Positions 13,290 to 25,397 of a DNA stretch of 64,000 nucleotides are shown piece after piece (position 1 is the first letter of the stretch; each line of letters starts with the position of its first letter). The stretch covers positions 24,304,001 through 24,368,000 of the forward strand of contig NW_026889782.1 in assembly GCF_033153115.1 (NCBI RefSeq), given 5' to 3'. A program made the position numbers and the translations under genes. The DNA is from Saccostrea echinata. Taxonomy: Eukaryota. The notes beneath the pieces were generated by a model. It worked only from the letters and a program-made list of their open reading frames with translations, was not told the DNA's origin and ran no database searches.

Positions 13290-13506
13290 TGGGATGGGTG
13301 ACCTCAGACGGCCCTAAGAGAGTTGACCGCAGACGGCCCTAGGAGAGTTGACCTCAGACGGCCCCTAAGGGTGGTGACCCTAGACGGCCCTAGGAGTGGT
13401 GGGTGCCTTGAAAGTGCCCTCAGACTACTTTATGAGTGGTGACCCCAGACGGCTCTGGGGAGTGGCGGTGCCTCTAAGGTGCCCCCTGACTACCCCCCTT
13501 ACTACT
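13290..13506 (+). repeat. GC-rich ~25-bp tandem repeats ending in CCCCCCTTACTACT: candidate Maverick/Polinton terminus
   Basis: About five GACC(T/C)CAGACGGCCCT copies, then ACTACT (reverse complement of AGTAGT). The same ending occurs at 29580. Confidence 0.55.
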
Positions 13507-13609
13507 GTTGTTTGCTATATTTTAAACTTTTCAATCATTTTTTTTTTATTTAACAAAGTTCAAACACAGCGCATCTAAAGCAGTCATAATTTGGAATGTA
13601 AAAGCCGAG

Positions 13610-14610
13610 TTGTCACAACAAATTGATGATGATGGTGAAACGCCGTTGTTTGTAATAGAGAAGAATGATACTTTGAAAGGTAGGAAAGGACAGTACTCCA
13701 TCAAGATGTCCTATTACAACAGGAAGGTCTACTTCCACATTCAAGTTAAGTTTAAAACCTTATTAAATGGAGTTTTGTTTTATGGTAATTTATCAAGAAA
13801 ACTTCGTCAATCAAAATTATCATGTACTTTGATACCCCCTTTTTTCTTTTATTTTCTAAAGTATGGATCCGTCACCATGTTAAACATTTACGTTTACCTA
13901 TTATATCATATATCCATTATTGAATTTTTGTTTGTTTGTTTTGTTTTTTTTTACGTCCCTCTCGATGTTTTCGCTCATATGGAGACGCTTCCACTTGCCG
14001 GTGGAGGACTGCAAATTTTGACCTATACTCGCCAGTCAGGGCCATTGAGCAATGAGGGATCTTTTTCGTGCCAGCATTTCCTGCGACACGGGACATCAGT
14101 TTATACGGTCTTATCCAAAGGACCGGTCTCCACGTCCCGCGGTGGGATTCGAACCCGCGACGTAAGGATCAACTCCTTACTCCGCGACTCTAGAGCCGAC
14201 GCTCTGCCATTTATTGAATTTAGATCAGATTAAAGTGATTATTAAGTTCCTGGCGAGGCTTTAACGTGGAATTTTAACACATTTCTTTTTTTCTGTTCCC
14301 CCCTGACAGATAATGCAAGTGGGACATCAACTTCCCTTCCTGAAGAGGTCTTGCTGGCGATGGCAGGTTTGAGAAAGATATTTCAGCAGTTAGAGTCCTC
14401 CAACGGTAAGTTTTCTTACATTTTGTCTTCATGTTTAAACGATGATATGGATAGCCGTTTAGATAATCCATACTGTTGATATACCTGTATCTCGAACAGG
14501 CAAAATTCCACAAGTGCTATCCGTTTTTTAATATAGCTGAGAATCACCGCGCCAAAAAAAGGAAAGTAACAATAACTGAATCAGATAACGAAGATGGGGG
14601 AACTTTTTAA
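13610..14610 (+). pseudogene. Spliced PC4-like (ssDNA-binding fold) pseudogene with SV40-type NLS ('gene B')
   Basis: Exon 1 reads DGETPLFVIE...GQYSIKMSYYNRKVYFHIQ (TTG start; donor apparently mutated to ttaagt). Exon 14310-14405 reads DNASGTSTSLPEEVLLAM. The exon from 14500 gives AKKRKV after removing one T from a T6 run. Confidence 0.5.
13926..14210 (-). mobile_element. tRNA-derived SINE family A
   Basis: Reverse complement of the 43130 copy, with B box GGGTTCGAATCCC and the Deu/Nin-like core. Confidence 0.88.
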
Positions 14611-14744
14611 GATACATGTACATCTGCTGTACATACAAATTATTTACTCAAGAATGTATGTTAACCAAGAATATTGAATACTCGATCCAAGAAGCGGAAG
14701 AAGTTACCCTCATCCTATTTTTAATTATTTTAACAAGATCCAAC

Positions 14745-15066
14745 TTTTGCTGCATTCCCGCGTGGTGGAATTACAGAATGAGACGGTTAAACTTAAGTCT
14801 TCGGCAGATGTTCTTCTGGAAGGAATCGATAAAAAAAACAAGAGAAGTTGACGTAGACGAACAACAATTAGAAATAATCACAAATCGTATGACTGACATT
14901 TATTACATCCACTCTTTGCGGCATTCCTGCGTGGTGGAATTACACAATGAGACGTTAACCTTAAGTCGTCGGCAGATGTACTTCTGGAAGGAATCGATCA
15001 AAAAAAGAAGATAACATAGACAAACAACAATTATAAATAATAACAAATCGTATGGCTGACATTTAT
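14745..15066 (+). repeat. ~170-bp tandem duplication
   Basis: GCATTCC(C/T)GCGTGGTGGAATTACA...ACAAATCGTATG(A/G)CTGACATTTAT occurs twice. Confidence 0.85.
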
Positions 15067-15637
15067 CACTATCTATGTGTTATGGATTTTCATCTTGTTA
15101 AGCTTTGAATAAGGTCTAAAATAAAAAGTTTGTTTGCAGTTGCCTACCGACCGACTTGAAAATCTCTTACCGACAGGGCTTCAACCATAGCCCCCCAAAT
15201 AAGTTGTTCATATCAAAAACCCTAAGTAAACATTTGGTTTGCTTGAGTCATAGCTTTTCTCAATATAAGGTTGTTAACTTCAGCGTGACGTAATGTCATC
15301 ATTGCAACACCACCGCGCACGCCCCTTTCAATCATCTGATATTGCTCTATGTCAGTCGGTAATTATAATTCCACTCCAGTCATTTTCAAACATGCACACC
15401 AGCACATGCGCATTTGTATTTCTTTTTACCATATATAATATCAACGTTTAACTCTTACACTATGGTTCCCAACAAGCAAGTTAAACACTACTTTATTATT
15501 TCTATGGTGGTTTTCAAATTTAATGATGTTAGCTAATTCATAAAGTTTTGTTATACATGTGTTGATGGAAATAAGGTTTGTTATCAACTGAATTTTATGG
15601 TCTTTAATGATTGTGTAATGATTGTTTTTTTTTTCAG

Positions 15638-15896
15638 TGTTTCCGAGGTTTTGGATGTTATGGTTCCAGAAGATTTCATGGAACAACTAAACGAAGATGT
15701 GTATATTGTTAATTCCGAAGCGGGAGAATATGAACCTGTTCTTGAGAGCGAGTTACCAACAGAGGTGGAAGACAAAGAAGAAGAAGAAATTAATGGTAAT
15801 GAAGAAGAAGAAGCGATAGAAACAGCAGAAGAAGTGATGTTCGAGTTTTATCATTTATTAAAATGTGAGGACTATTTGTTAAAAAAAGACAGCTAA
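15638..15896 (+). CDS. Probable terminal exon of a Glu-rich acidic protein
   Basis: Polypyrimidine tract plus CAG acceptor at ~15637; open frame ...EVEDKEEEEINGNEEEEAIE... to TAA. Confidence 0.35.
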
Positions 15897-15923
15897 AACG
15901 TTACTACTATTCAGTAGCATCTG

Positions 15924-17212
15924 AGTAGTAGTGGGGTGGGAATACTAGCACACATCAACTCCACCCACTGTACTATATAATGTCTACCAGATATGTAAAT
16001 TAAACCAAAAGGCTCAGAGGCTAACCCCACCCACTGTACTATATAATGTTTACCAAGTATGTATATTAAATTAAAAGGCTCAGGCTAGCCTCGCCTACTG
16101 TACTATATAATGTCTACCAAATAGGTAGATTAAGTCAAAGGCTCACAAGCCAACCCCGACCAATGTACTATATGAAAACATACAATCAACTGAAGGCGAA
16201 GTCCTAAACTCCACCCATTTCTATCTTTGTTTATACCAATTATGTAAATAAGTCAGAAGGCTCGCAGGCTTACGCTATATTATCAACTGTCAGCTTAGTC
16301 TTAAAGAGGCTGGGGGGGGGGGGGGGGGTTGTGGCCATTTTTATACTATATTGATCTCCTTTAGAAGAAGAGCTCGATATGAAGATATATAGAAAATGAT
16401 CAAATTTTAAAACTAAAATTTTTGAAATTTTTCTTTGCCAAATGATAGTTGACAGCTTAAGATATCATATCTAAAAAATTAAGTTAAATCTGGTGGTTAA
16501 TTTGTTGACCCCCCCCCCCAGCCTCCTTAAACTCCACCCATTTCTATTTTTGTTCATACCAAAGACGTAAAATAAGTTAGAAGGCTCACATACTTACACT
16601 TTATAATCAATTGAAGGCTTAATGTTTTAATATTTATATCACTGTGTAAATGAACCAAAATCCAAAGAACTTCTAGAAGACTTTGAACTGTATGATTTAA
16701 ATGCATCCACAAATGACAAATGCAATGAAAATATAAATATGCAATAAACACATTCTTTGTTACAAGATTACTATATAATGTCTACCAAATATGTAGATTA
16801 AATCAAAAGGCTCACATGCCAAACCCCGACTCATGTACTGTATGAAAACATACAATCAACTGAAGGCTTAGTCTTAAACTCCACCCGTTCCTATCATTGT
16901 TTATACCAATTATGTAAATAAGTCAGACGGCTTGCAGGCTTACGCTATATTATCAACTGTAAGCTTAGTCTTGAACTCCACCCATTTCTATTTTTGTTTA
17001 TACCAAAGACGTAAAATAAGCTAGAAGGCTCACATACTTACACTTTATAATCAATTGAAGGCCTAATATCTTAATACTTACATCCCTGTGTAAATGAACC
17101 AAAATCCAAAGAACTTCTAGAAGACTTTGAACTGTATGATTTAAATGCATCCACAAATGACAAATGCAATGAAAATATAAATATGCAATAAACACATTCT
17201 TTGTTACAAGAT
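15924..17212 (+). repeat. AGTAGTAG-initiated block with ~63-bp tandem repeats and an internal duplication: candidate Maverick left terminus
   Basis: AGTAGTAGTGGGG at 15924; TGTACTATATAATGT(C/T)TACCA recurs; ~16100-16770 is repeated at ~16770-17212. Confidence 0.5.
16305..16526. mobile_element. Kolobok-type MITE
   Basis: TTAA TSD (16301-16304 and 16527-16530) with TIR (A/G)GAGGCTGGGGG. The empty site is visible in the duplicated unit at ~16971 (CTTAGTC-TTGA-ACTCCACCC). Confidence 0.85.
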
Positions 17213-17989
17213 TTATGAGGGGCATTGACTTTAAATAGAAATGTTTATATTCTCTCTGAAATAGGAGATTCATTTGAAAGGCTTATGAAGTACATGCAAA
17301 GATTAGATAACTCTTAGCAAAGTTTCAAAATTAGAAAACTCTTTTTTGGGGGGCTCTATCCTTATTAGAGATATTCATATCTAAGAATTTCAATACCGTT
17401 AAACAGGTTAACAAGAAACTTTGTTAGTCAAACAGCTTTTATGTTCATACCACACACTGATAATCCTTATCAGATGATCAAAAACTATTCATGACCTGTA
17501 TTTTGAGTGAAACAATGTCAATACCCTTTTGCTCAACATAATGCTATTTCAGTCAATACCTTTTAAGACCTCGTTTATTCAACATAAAAGAATTTTAAAT
17601 AGGGACATCATTTCAATCATGCTGAAGGATACAGAATACAGTATATCATTTAAACATTTATTCAAAACCATGCCATGTCAACAAAAAAATATATATAATT
17701 AAAAAATCATCAAATCACAGTACATGTATATACAAAATATTCAAAAGTATAATTCAATAAATCTTTGGCACATTTCTATGTAAAGGTGTAAACAAAGTAG
17801 TAATGAATCACAATAGAGAGCAACAACATAGGACAAAGAATCTGAAATCAATAATGTACATCAAATGATTATCACTGAATTAAATATTTAAAAGCAAACA
17901 TTTTATGAGGCAAGACTAACTTTGAACAAAAGAACGGAATCACTTTAAAATCAAATATGTACATCAAATAATTAGCACTTTATAAAATG

Positions 17990-18660
17990 TATATTATATA
18001 AATAGTGCACCTTTTTGAGGGTAACAGTTGAAATTGACACCCTTCGGAAAACCATTGTCAACCGACGCGTCAGCGGAGGTTGACAATGGTTTTCCGAGGG
18101 GTGTCAATTTCAACTGTTACCCGGAGGTTAACAATGGTTTTCCGAGGGGTGTCAATTTCAACTGTTACCCTCAAAAAACGTGCACTATTTATTTTATTAT
18201 ACTGAATGTCCTATTGATTTCGGATGTCATAAAAAAAAAATTCGGAGATCGTCGTTAAGTTCACGCTTAGAAAGCTTTCAAACTCCCCGCTTCTATTTTT
18301 CTCAATAAGAAAGCTTCGGAAAAGATTTACCAACCTCGTTATTGTTTGTTTGCTACTCAAAAAGTCCTTTATCATCTAAAGTTTGCACTTGCAAGAATGT
18401 TTCGTCTGTCGTATGTTGTTTTCAAGTGAGCTACATCGGACGCAAGCTTTTACTGACCTCGTTTATTCGGCTTCTTTCAAACACACAACCGACGTTTTGA
18501 GAATTCTACGGTGAACCGTACGCGCATGATTTGAACGCATGTGACATTTTCGTAATGTTACCCGTTGTCAAGTGTGTTGCTAACGCTGAGGGTAACATTA
18601 CGGATTGTTAAATGCGCCTAAACCAATCAGATTTTAGTATTTAACATGAAAGTATAATAA
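17990..18660. mobile_element. Non-autonomous Crypton-like element with a long terminal palindrome
   Basis: Palindrome at ~18000-18190 with one arm segment duplicated; TTATTATACT (~18195) and AACCAATCAG...AGTATAATAA (18660) form inverted ends. Confidence 0.65.
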
Positions 18661-19180
18661 CAGCAAATAAAATATGTTATTCATTAGTATAAGCTGAATC
18701 ATATGAATAAAAATATAAAAACAAAAACAAAGAAAACCTTACTTTCATTAAGGAAGGTAAAAGGGGATCATACACTACACTTAATCTGTGACAAGCTAGA
18801 TTATTTCAATACAAGGTTGTAGGCATGATATATAATGCATAATAAAAGCATGAGCAAACAGCTTCACGTGGGCTGAGAGGTAAGTAATAAGCATGATATA
18901 TAATGCATAAAAAGCAAACAGCTTAACATGATTTTAAAGGTAGGTAGTAAGCATTATATATAATGCACGAGAAAAGCATAAGCAAACAATTAACAGCTTC
19001 ACACAGGTTAAAAGGTAAGCATACCTTACCATTTATATTCCAAAGTAAACACATTTGGTATGAAATAAAAATATTAATAATGTATTGTACTATGATCTTC
19101 ATGATATAGTTGTGTAGAATCTTTTAAATATATCTGTATATACCTGCATAATCTAATTGAAGAGAACTTTTAAAGGAGTT

Positions 19181-19412
19181 TTAAACTAGAGTATCATTTT
19201 CTTCTCCAAACCCTGCAAGGCGATTTCGAAATCTGTAGGCTTCGTAAGTTTTAAACTGTTCATCAATGTATGCTTTTATATCTGAAAATGACCTTTTTCT
19301 ACGACGAGCTCGCAGCCAAGCAATGCTTTTACATACAAAATATATGATTTACCAGGCAGGATGATATTAATGAAGCAGCTGAAATAAAATGTTTTTCACT
19401 GATGGTTACAGC
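19181..19412 (-). pseudogene. Terminal exon encoding a TM helix and basic cytoplasmic tail ending ...ENDTLV*
   Basis: ttgtag acceptor, then AVTISEKHFISAASLISSCLV[1-nt shift]IIYFVCKSIAWLRARRRKRSFSDIKAYIDEQFKTYEAYRFRNRLAGFGEENDTLV*. Confidence 0.5.
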
Positions 19413-20068
19413 CTACAAAGATATTTTTAATTGATAAACAAACAAAGTTTGAAAATATATCATTCAAAGAGGTCAATTATTCTAAAGCTGCAAACTTGAT
19501 ACTGTATATAGTTGCAATGTATTCTTATGAATGACATGTTTCATATTTACAAAATTTAACAGGGTCACCATAGAAAACATCTGTTTTCTAACTCTTTGTG
19601 GATATCTACATGTATGTGCACCATTATCTTTCTGAATGTGCTGCACTGTTGGATTTTTGTAGCCTTTAAAAACTCGCAAAATCATTTTACAAAAACCTTT
19701 AACAATTGCATACAATTTTTTTGAAAATTGTTATGATTTCCATCAACTTCTTTATGTCAATAATTTGATTTCCAACATATATATGTAGTCCAAGAAAACC
19801 TACAAAACTAAGATTTTAATATATCATCATAGGTATTCATCATCAACATCCTCAAGAGCATTTTCACTGCTTTCAATATCTCTTTCATAGTAGTGCAACC
19901 TTGACACAACACACATTAGCAGATGGTGAGTATATATTTGAAGAGCATTCAGGAAAAAAGTTTTTAAGATTAATCTTCACATGTTAATTGAATACCAATG
20001 GAGTGCAAACAAGACTTGTTTTCTACAGAAGGAGACCAATAGCTACTACACAGCTAAGCATAAGCATA

Positions 20069-21109
20069 CGCAACTAGGTTAAGGACTCCCATATCTCCGT
20101 CAGCCTATGCAGAGGTTCGGGAAAGCTATTATGACGTCACGTTAAAACAGTTCATATGAATCTTGATGAATAAATATTATATTTTCTTTTCAAAACACAC
20201 TAAAATACTTCTGTTTCTCATAAATATTATAAAGATAAATGGATGTGCAACTTATCTTGCCAAAATAGCACTGTGAATATGTAGAATGAATGCCAACTTG
20301 ATCTCGCTGTACTTACTGATATGACGTCATTTCTTAGTTTGACACGCAGTTGCTTTGTACTTGAGGCGTGGATCAAGCTTTTATCATAGTTCGTAAAAAT
20401 GAAAATAAAAACGAAACAAGCTTATTTGGATCAAAATAAAGACATATTCTAAAATATATTAATCCACATTTTATTGCCAAACTAATTGATAATGTTTAGA
20501 CTTTATATATAGCCTTAGGAAGCACATTTGTACAGTAACGTGCTAGAATGAGGGGTCCAACCCCTAGAAAATATCAAAAGTTCAACGATATCCGCTTCAC
20601 TATAAATTCTGAATTTTTGAATACGTGTAGATATTATTCCTACTATTCTGAAAAGTGCTGGGAGCTAATTGTACATTGTTTATATGTTCCGTAATGTAAC
20701 ATTATTCCAGTGCGTATTACATCTTTGTATGGAGTTTATAGAAAGACGGCTAAATTTTACACAATTCCCGAGTATGAGGAAGTTGCTCCCAGCACTTTTC
20801 ATGTTAAGGAATTTGTCTCAAACAAAACAGAATAAATTTTATAGCGGAAAGATACCCGTATATCGTTGAACTTTTACGATCTTTGTAGTGGTACAGGTAT
20901 GTTCTAATTTTAAATCCGTCACGTGACAAACAGCTGATGTAAGCGATTTCGCTTTAGCTAAACTCAGTAGAGACCCGATATATACAAGTGCAAACACCAT
21001 AGTTCACATTCATCAAAACTAATGCTGTTAAAAAAAATCTTAAAATTGTATTCATTTTCTCTGAATATACTAAGGCGTATATTTCATGGGCGTCCTTAAC
21101 CTAGCTGCG
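20069..21109. mobile_element. Tc1/mariner-type MITE with an internal inverted repeat (~20577-20875)
   Basis: TA TSD; TIR CGCAACTAGGTTAAGGACTCCCAT / ATGGGCGTCCTTAACCTAGCTGCG. Confidence 0.85.
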
Positions 21110-22269
21110 TATTAAGTTGCTACCACAAGACACCATGACATGCCAGTGAAGTTATATTCTCTTACCACGATGAAGCTACTGAAATAATAATACATTATTT
21201 TCATTTTTATACTACAAGCACTTGATATGTTTTTCTTGTCACGAATAATACTTACTTAACACAATGGTCGTGAAGGTGCCCATCTCCCCATTTTGTATGT
21301 CTCCCTCACTTGCACCATTGTCAAATCCCACAATCTACAAAGTGATACATCTTCTTACAAAGGGATATTTTTCAGTCTACTGTTAACTAACTGAATTGTT
21401 TGTGTCACTTATTACCTACTCTAGAATCTTGAAATTTATTATTTATTTATTACGTTTTGAAGGGAGGGATGTTAGCATACCATATTCAAACAATTTTGTT
21501 TGTTATCAAGTCAATATATGTTTTATATTGGTTTTAAAAATCAAATATTAATATACAATGTTAAATCACCTCGCTGAATTCATTTAAAATGCTGCTACTG
21601 GTAGCTCGCGTGGTACCACTGGTTGCAGTATGGGTGGTGGGATGTTTGGTACTTTTGATACTGGCGGTGGGATGAGCGCTCCTAGATAAGAAGACATGCT
21701 GCAAAAATTGCTATTCAGAATTAGTGTAGCTTTATCACAAGTCAATACATGTTTTACATTGGTTTTAAAAATTAAATATAACATAAGGATACAAAGTTAA
21801 ATCACCTCACTGAATTCATGTGAAAAGTGTTTATAGCTACATCTTTAAAATTACAAATTTGATTTTAATATTTGATTTCAATTTAAATGCATTGCAATCA
21901 ATACTCTGTATTGTTTACACAAATGAATATAAATAAACAATTTTCTATATTGTATGTTAAATTATTAGTAGTACATTTTTCAAGCTATCTTTAATTTAGT
22001 ATGTATGTTTTTAGCATGCGATTTATTCACAGTCAATAACCCTCTGGAGAAGGACAAGGATAAAACAACAAACAAACAGGGTATTTCATTTTACAACACA
22101 ATTTACATCAGTGCTTATTACCTCTCAGGAAAAGGTACCAGTAATTTGTAAGAACTTGACATAAACAATAAAATATGATCAAATCAATCATATTTCTTAG
22201 CTCTTAATACATAGACATTTATTTTCGTAATTAAATACTCATTTGATGAGGTTAAAATAAAATACTTAC

Positions 22270-22584
22270 ACACATATCACCATTCAAATAAACAGCGGTC
22301 TCTGAGTTAAGAAGAATAGGTCTACATCTATACATTTCAGTGGTCTGTTGTCCACATAAATCACATCCACATGGCTACATCTCAAAATCTAGCATACCAT
22401 TTTAATCAAAATAATTGAATGTCAGCTGGTGGATAACCGTCTGCAGACATCCCCCGTATTTTCCTTCTCCCATCCAACTACACACACTAATGTCACATAA
22501 TTCGAAAAATTTGAAAGTATCAATCGCACTAGGCATAGCAGTCGTGAACAAGCAGAAAATGAATGTCGCCGTAATCACCCCCAT
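22270..22584 (-). pseudogene. First exon of a secreted Cys-rich protein pseudogene
   Basis: Signal peptide MGVITATFIFCLFTTAMPSA. The same frame continues through two stops (CDISVC...C...*...*PCGCDLC...C...C) to a gtaagt donor. A Pro-rich exon candidate lies at ~21584-21698. Confidence 0.5.
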
Positions 22585-23239
22585 CTTCTCAATGTACATG
22601 CTTTTAGAAGCTATTTTGGAAATGCCGATCTCGATGCAATTTATAATAAATACCTCACTTATTTTGAGAACATTAGATTGATATTAAAGACCAATCTTTA
22701 GAGATTCACACTATTTCTTTATTATTATTTTTTCTTCACTATTCAGTCTAACACATTTTTTGTTCAGTAGAAATTGATTTTAAAAATAACAAACAGACAC
22801 AACGGAAGAATTATGAATTTCGAGTTAGATATTTATTGTTTCAAAAGAATTTAAAGATAAATATTTTTTTTTAATTTGATTTTCATTTCTATTTAATTTT
22901 CAAGATTTAAACTTCATATCATTCGTTTGATTTTTATTAATTACACGCTCAAAGTTCTAAATTTATCATCTTTCAAAGATGATAATTATATTAAATTAAT
23001 TATTCATAATACCAATTCATAGTAATACTGAACTAATGTGTACATGTACCATACAAAGTTTTAAGTTTTAGGCAGTATTGTATCTTCAAGGATGCGTTAT
23101 TGCGTGAGAAGTTATTGTACATCATTAAAAAAAAACTAACTAAAGTTTTTCAGATGTAATTCATATAACCTGATGAACTATGGACAGTGGACTGTAAAGG
23201 TTATTTGATGATATGTTTGTAAACAAGGATCTTAATATC

Positions 23240-23737
23240 GAGATCTAGTTAATGTCTTTAGACCAACTTTTTGGTGCTAGATCCATTATGACGTCATAAT
23301 CACTGTCAACTTTCTTTCCCCCGTACTTTACGGCTCTAATAGAATTATGTAGAAATTTTCAAGGAATTCAATTTGAAATCACATGAAAAGTAGTCTCGAT
23401 ACCTATATTAAATTTTACATCGTTTTAAAGAAGAGGCCAAGAACATACAAATTTCCGTTTTCTGAAAGACTGTAGGCAATCTGGATACATTTTTTTTGTA
23501 TGATATGGAAAAAACTCCCATATTCATGACGGGTTTTCTTAATTTTTCATTGGAAATGACAGTTTAAAACATTATTTTTTGTCTTGTTTACCTACAAATT
23601 GTGCCCCGAAACACATCATTTGACCAAGCTAAAGTTATAAAGCATCATTAAAGGAATTTATTTCTTAAATTTGATATATTAGTATCTGTAGGGACCTTTC
23701 ATTTACTAGATCTTGATCATTTACTAGATCTTGACCT
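23240..23737. mobile_element. Degraded MITE
   Basis: CGAGATCTAGTTAATG is inverted relative to CATTTACTAGATCTTG (duplicated at the right end). Confidence 0.45.
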
Positions 23738-24047
23738 TAAGCAAATCGAACACTTGGTTAGCGAAGATGGATGTTAGTACTTTCATAAGTTTAACATCTA
23801 TTCAAATTGTATTTCATCTTAAGCGAGTCGGACATTGTTAGCGAAGATGGATATAAGTAAAGAAACAAGACTTGTTTACAACCTATCTTTCAAAAGTTTA
23901 GCATCTATTCAAATTACATTTTGACCCTACTTGTACGACCTTGTTTGTTGTTCACCCATAGATGTGAAGATTCAACATCCTAAAGGTGGTATATTTAAAA
24001 GAATAACACTATTTTCTTCTCACTCGCCTGCTAGCTTTCCTCCCAAA

Positions 24048-24391
24048 ATGAATGTAAAATTTGAAATTGTTATTGGAAGTGATGGGGAAACGCCATATTT
24101 CTTTAATGGGTGCACCAAGGAGTATCGGAAGGCGCAGTTTGCAATTCAACTTTCCCTCTTTAGAGGGAAGGTTTACTTACGATTGAAGGGGGTGTTGTAA
24201 TGCCCGACGGTAAAAAGTATCAGGATCCAATTCCTGAACTTGAAGCTGCTGATGCCCTTCAGCTCCCCGTGGATGATATACAAACTCTTGATGACTTTAA
24301 AGTAGAGTGCACGGAACCAACCAAGATTAGAGGCTCGGAAATATTCGCCACAGGACAGAGAGTTTTATATTTCAAAACAATTAACCCTTAA
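24048..24391 (+). pseudogene. PC4-like gene, paralog of gene B
   Basis: DGETPYFF...KAQFAIQLSLFRGKVYLRLKG. One extra G in the G5 run at ~24190 separates ORFs 24048-24200 and 24200-24391. Further small exon candidates occur at 24541-24582 and from ~24883. Confidence 0.5.
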
Positions 24392-25049
24392 GAAATATAT
24401 GTATATCATACAAGAATGTACTTTAAAAGAATACATTTTTTTTTCTACGACTACTTCAGGAAATGTACAGGTGAAAATATTTATCATAATAAGTGATGGT
24501 TTTTTTTTCTTTTAACTAATATTTATTTTCTTCATTTCAGGGAATTCAGTGAGGAAGACCAACAAGAGGTTACCATTCCTCCGTAAGTCTATACAATGTT
24601 TATTTTCTTTACATTTAATACTTTTCTTTAAATTCGTCACATTCCTTCTCTCACTCTCCATAGAAAAACAAGTACTCTGTATGTAAAAAAAAAATTGGAT
24701 TAATTTAGATGGAATGAAAAGGAAAACCTTATTTGGTCATACGATAGATTTTTCCTCTTTTTCACGAAAGTCGTATTTGTTTTCCCGGAGTAAACTGGAA
24801 TCCGTTTTATTTTCTCCGAAAAAAAATAAATAAATCAGTTTTACTTTATTTCAATTTATTCTTCATTTATTTCATTTCACAGATCCCAGATGCAAAACTA
24901 GGCGAAAAGAAAAGGAAAAACAACAAGACCAAAAAAAATTTGTTTTTTTTATGAAATTAAAAAATAGGGAGTATCCAATACTGTTGTTTTTCTTGTATAC
25001 AGAATTACTGAAACTTCTTCATTGTGTCATTAATTAATGGATTGACCTG

Positions 25050-25397
25050 TTATAGTATTTTCCATTGTGTCGTAGTCAGGTACAATCTTTTTATAGTGGC
25101 TTTCTTATTTAAGAAAACCCTCAGGTTCACACGCATAGTATTTCCATATAAGCATACGGTCAAAAATACATTTCCAGAGATTGAAAAAGATTGTATGAAT
25201 TCACACAGTGTGTAATTCGCTTTGATATCAATAAAGGATTCATTCTGATGTGGTGATTCCACTACGGATGGTCTTGTAGATAAACTGGAAATGGTTGTCA
25301 AAGTCACAATCATACATGAAGCTGCCAGTATTTCAAGAATTCCACTGGTTCGTAGCGCAGTACAGCGCTTTCGCAGAGAGCACATTTCCTCGGTCAT
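25050..25397 (-). CDS. PC4 (p15)-like domain protein with an N-terminal hydrophobic segment
   Basis: FSISGNVFLTVCLYGNTMRVNLRVFLNKKATIKRLYLTTTQWKIL fits the PC4 pattern F.IG..R.VSV..FKG...IDIR.Y....KGISL..EQW..L. A paralog lies at ~61282-61480. Confidence 0.65.
   Translation of the reverse strand: MTEEMCSLRKRCTALRTSGILEILAASCMIVTLTTISSLSTRPSVVESPHQNESFIDIKANYTLCEFIQSFSISGNVFLTVCLYGNTMRVNLRVFLNKKATIKRLYLTTTQWKIL

Noticed and set aside
13290-13470. CRISPR-like spaced repeats
   Set aside because: The spacers are only a few nt and similar to one another, the context is eukaryotic, and there are no cas genes.
13610-14233. 207-aa ORF as one protein
   Set aside because: It is a chimera of gene B exon 1, intron sequence and antisense SINE (the METxPLAGG text recurs at 28764 and 43119).
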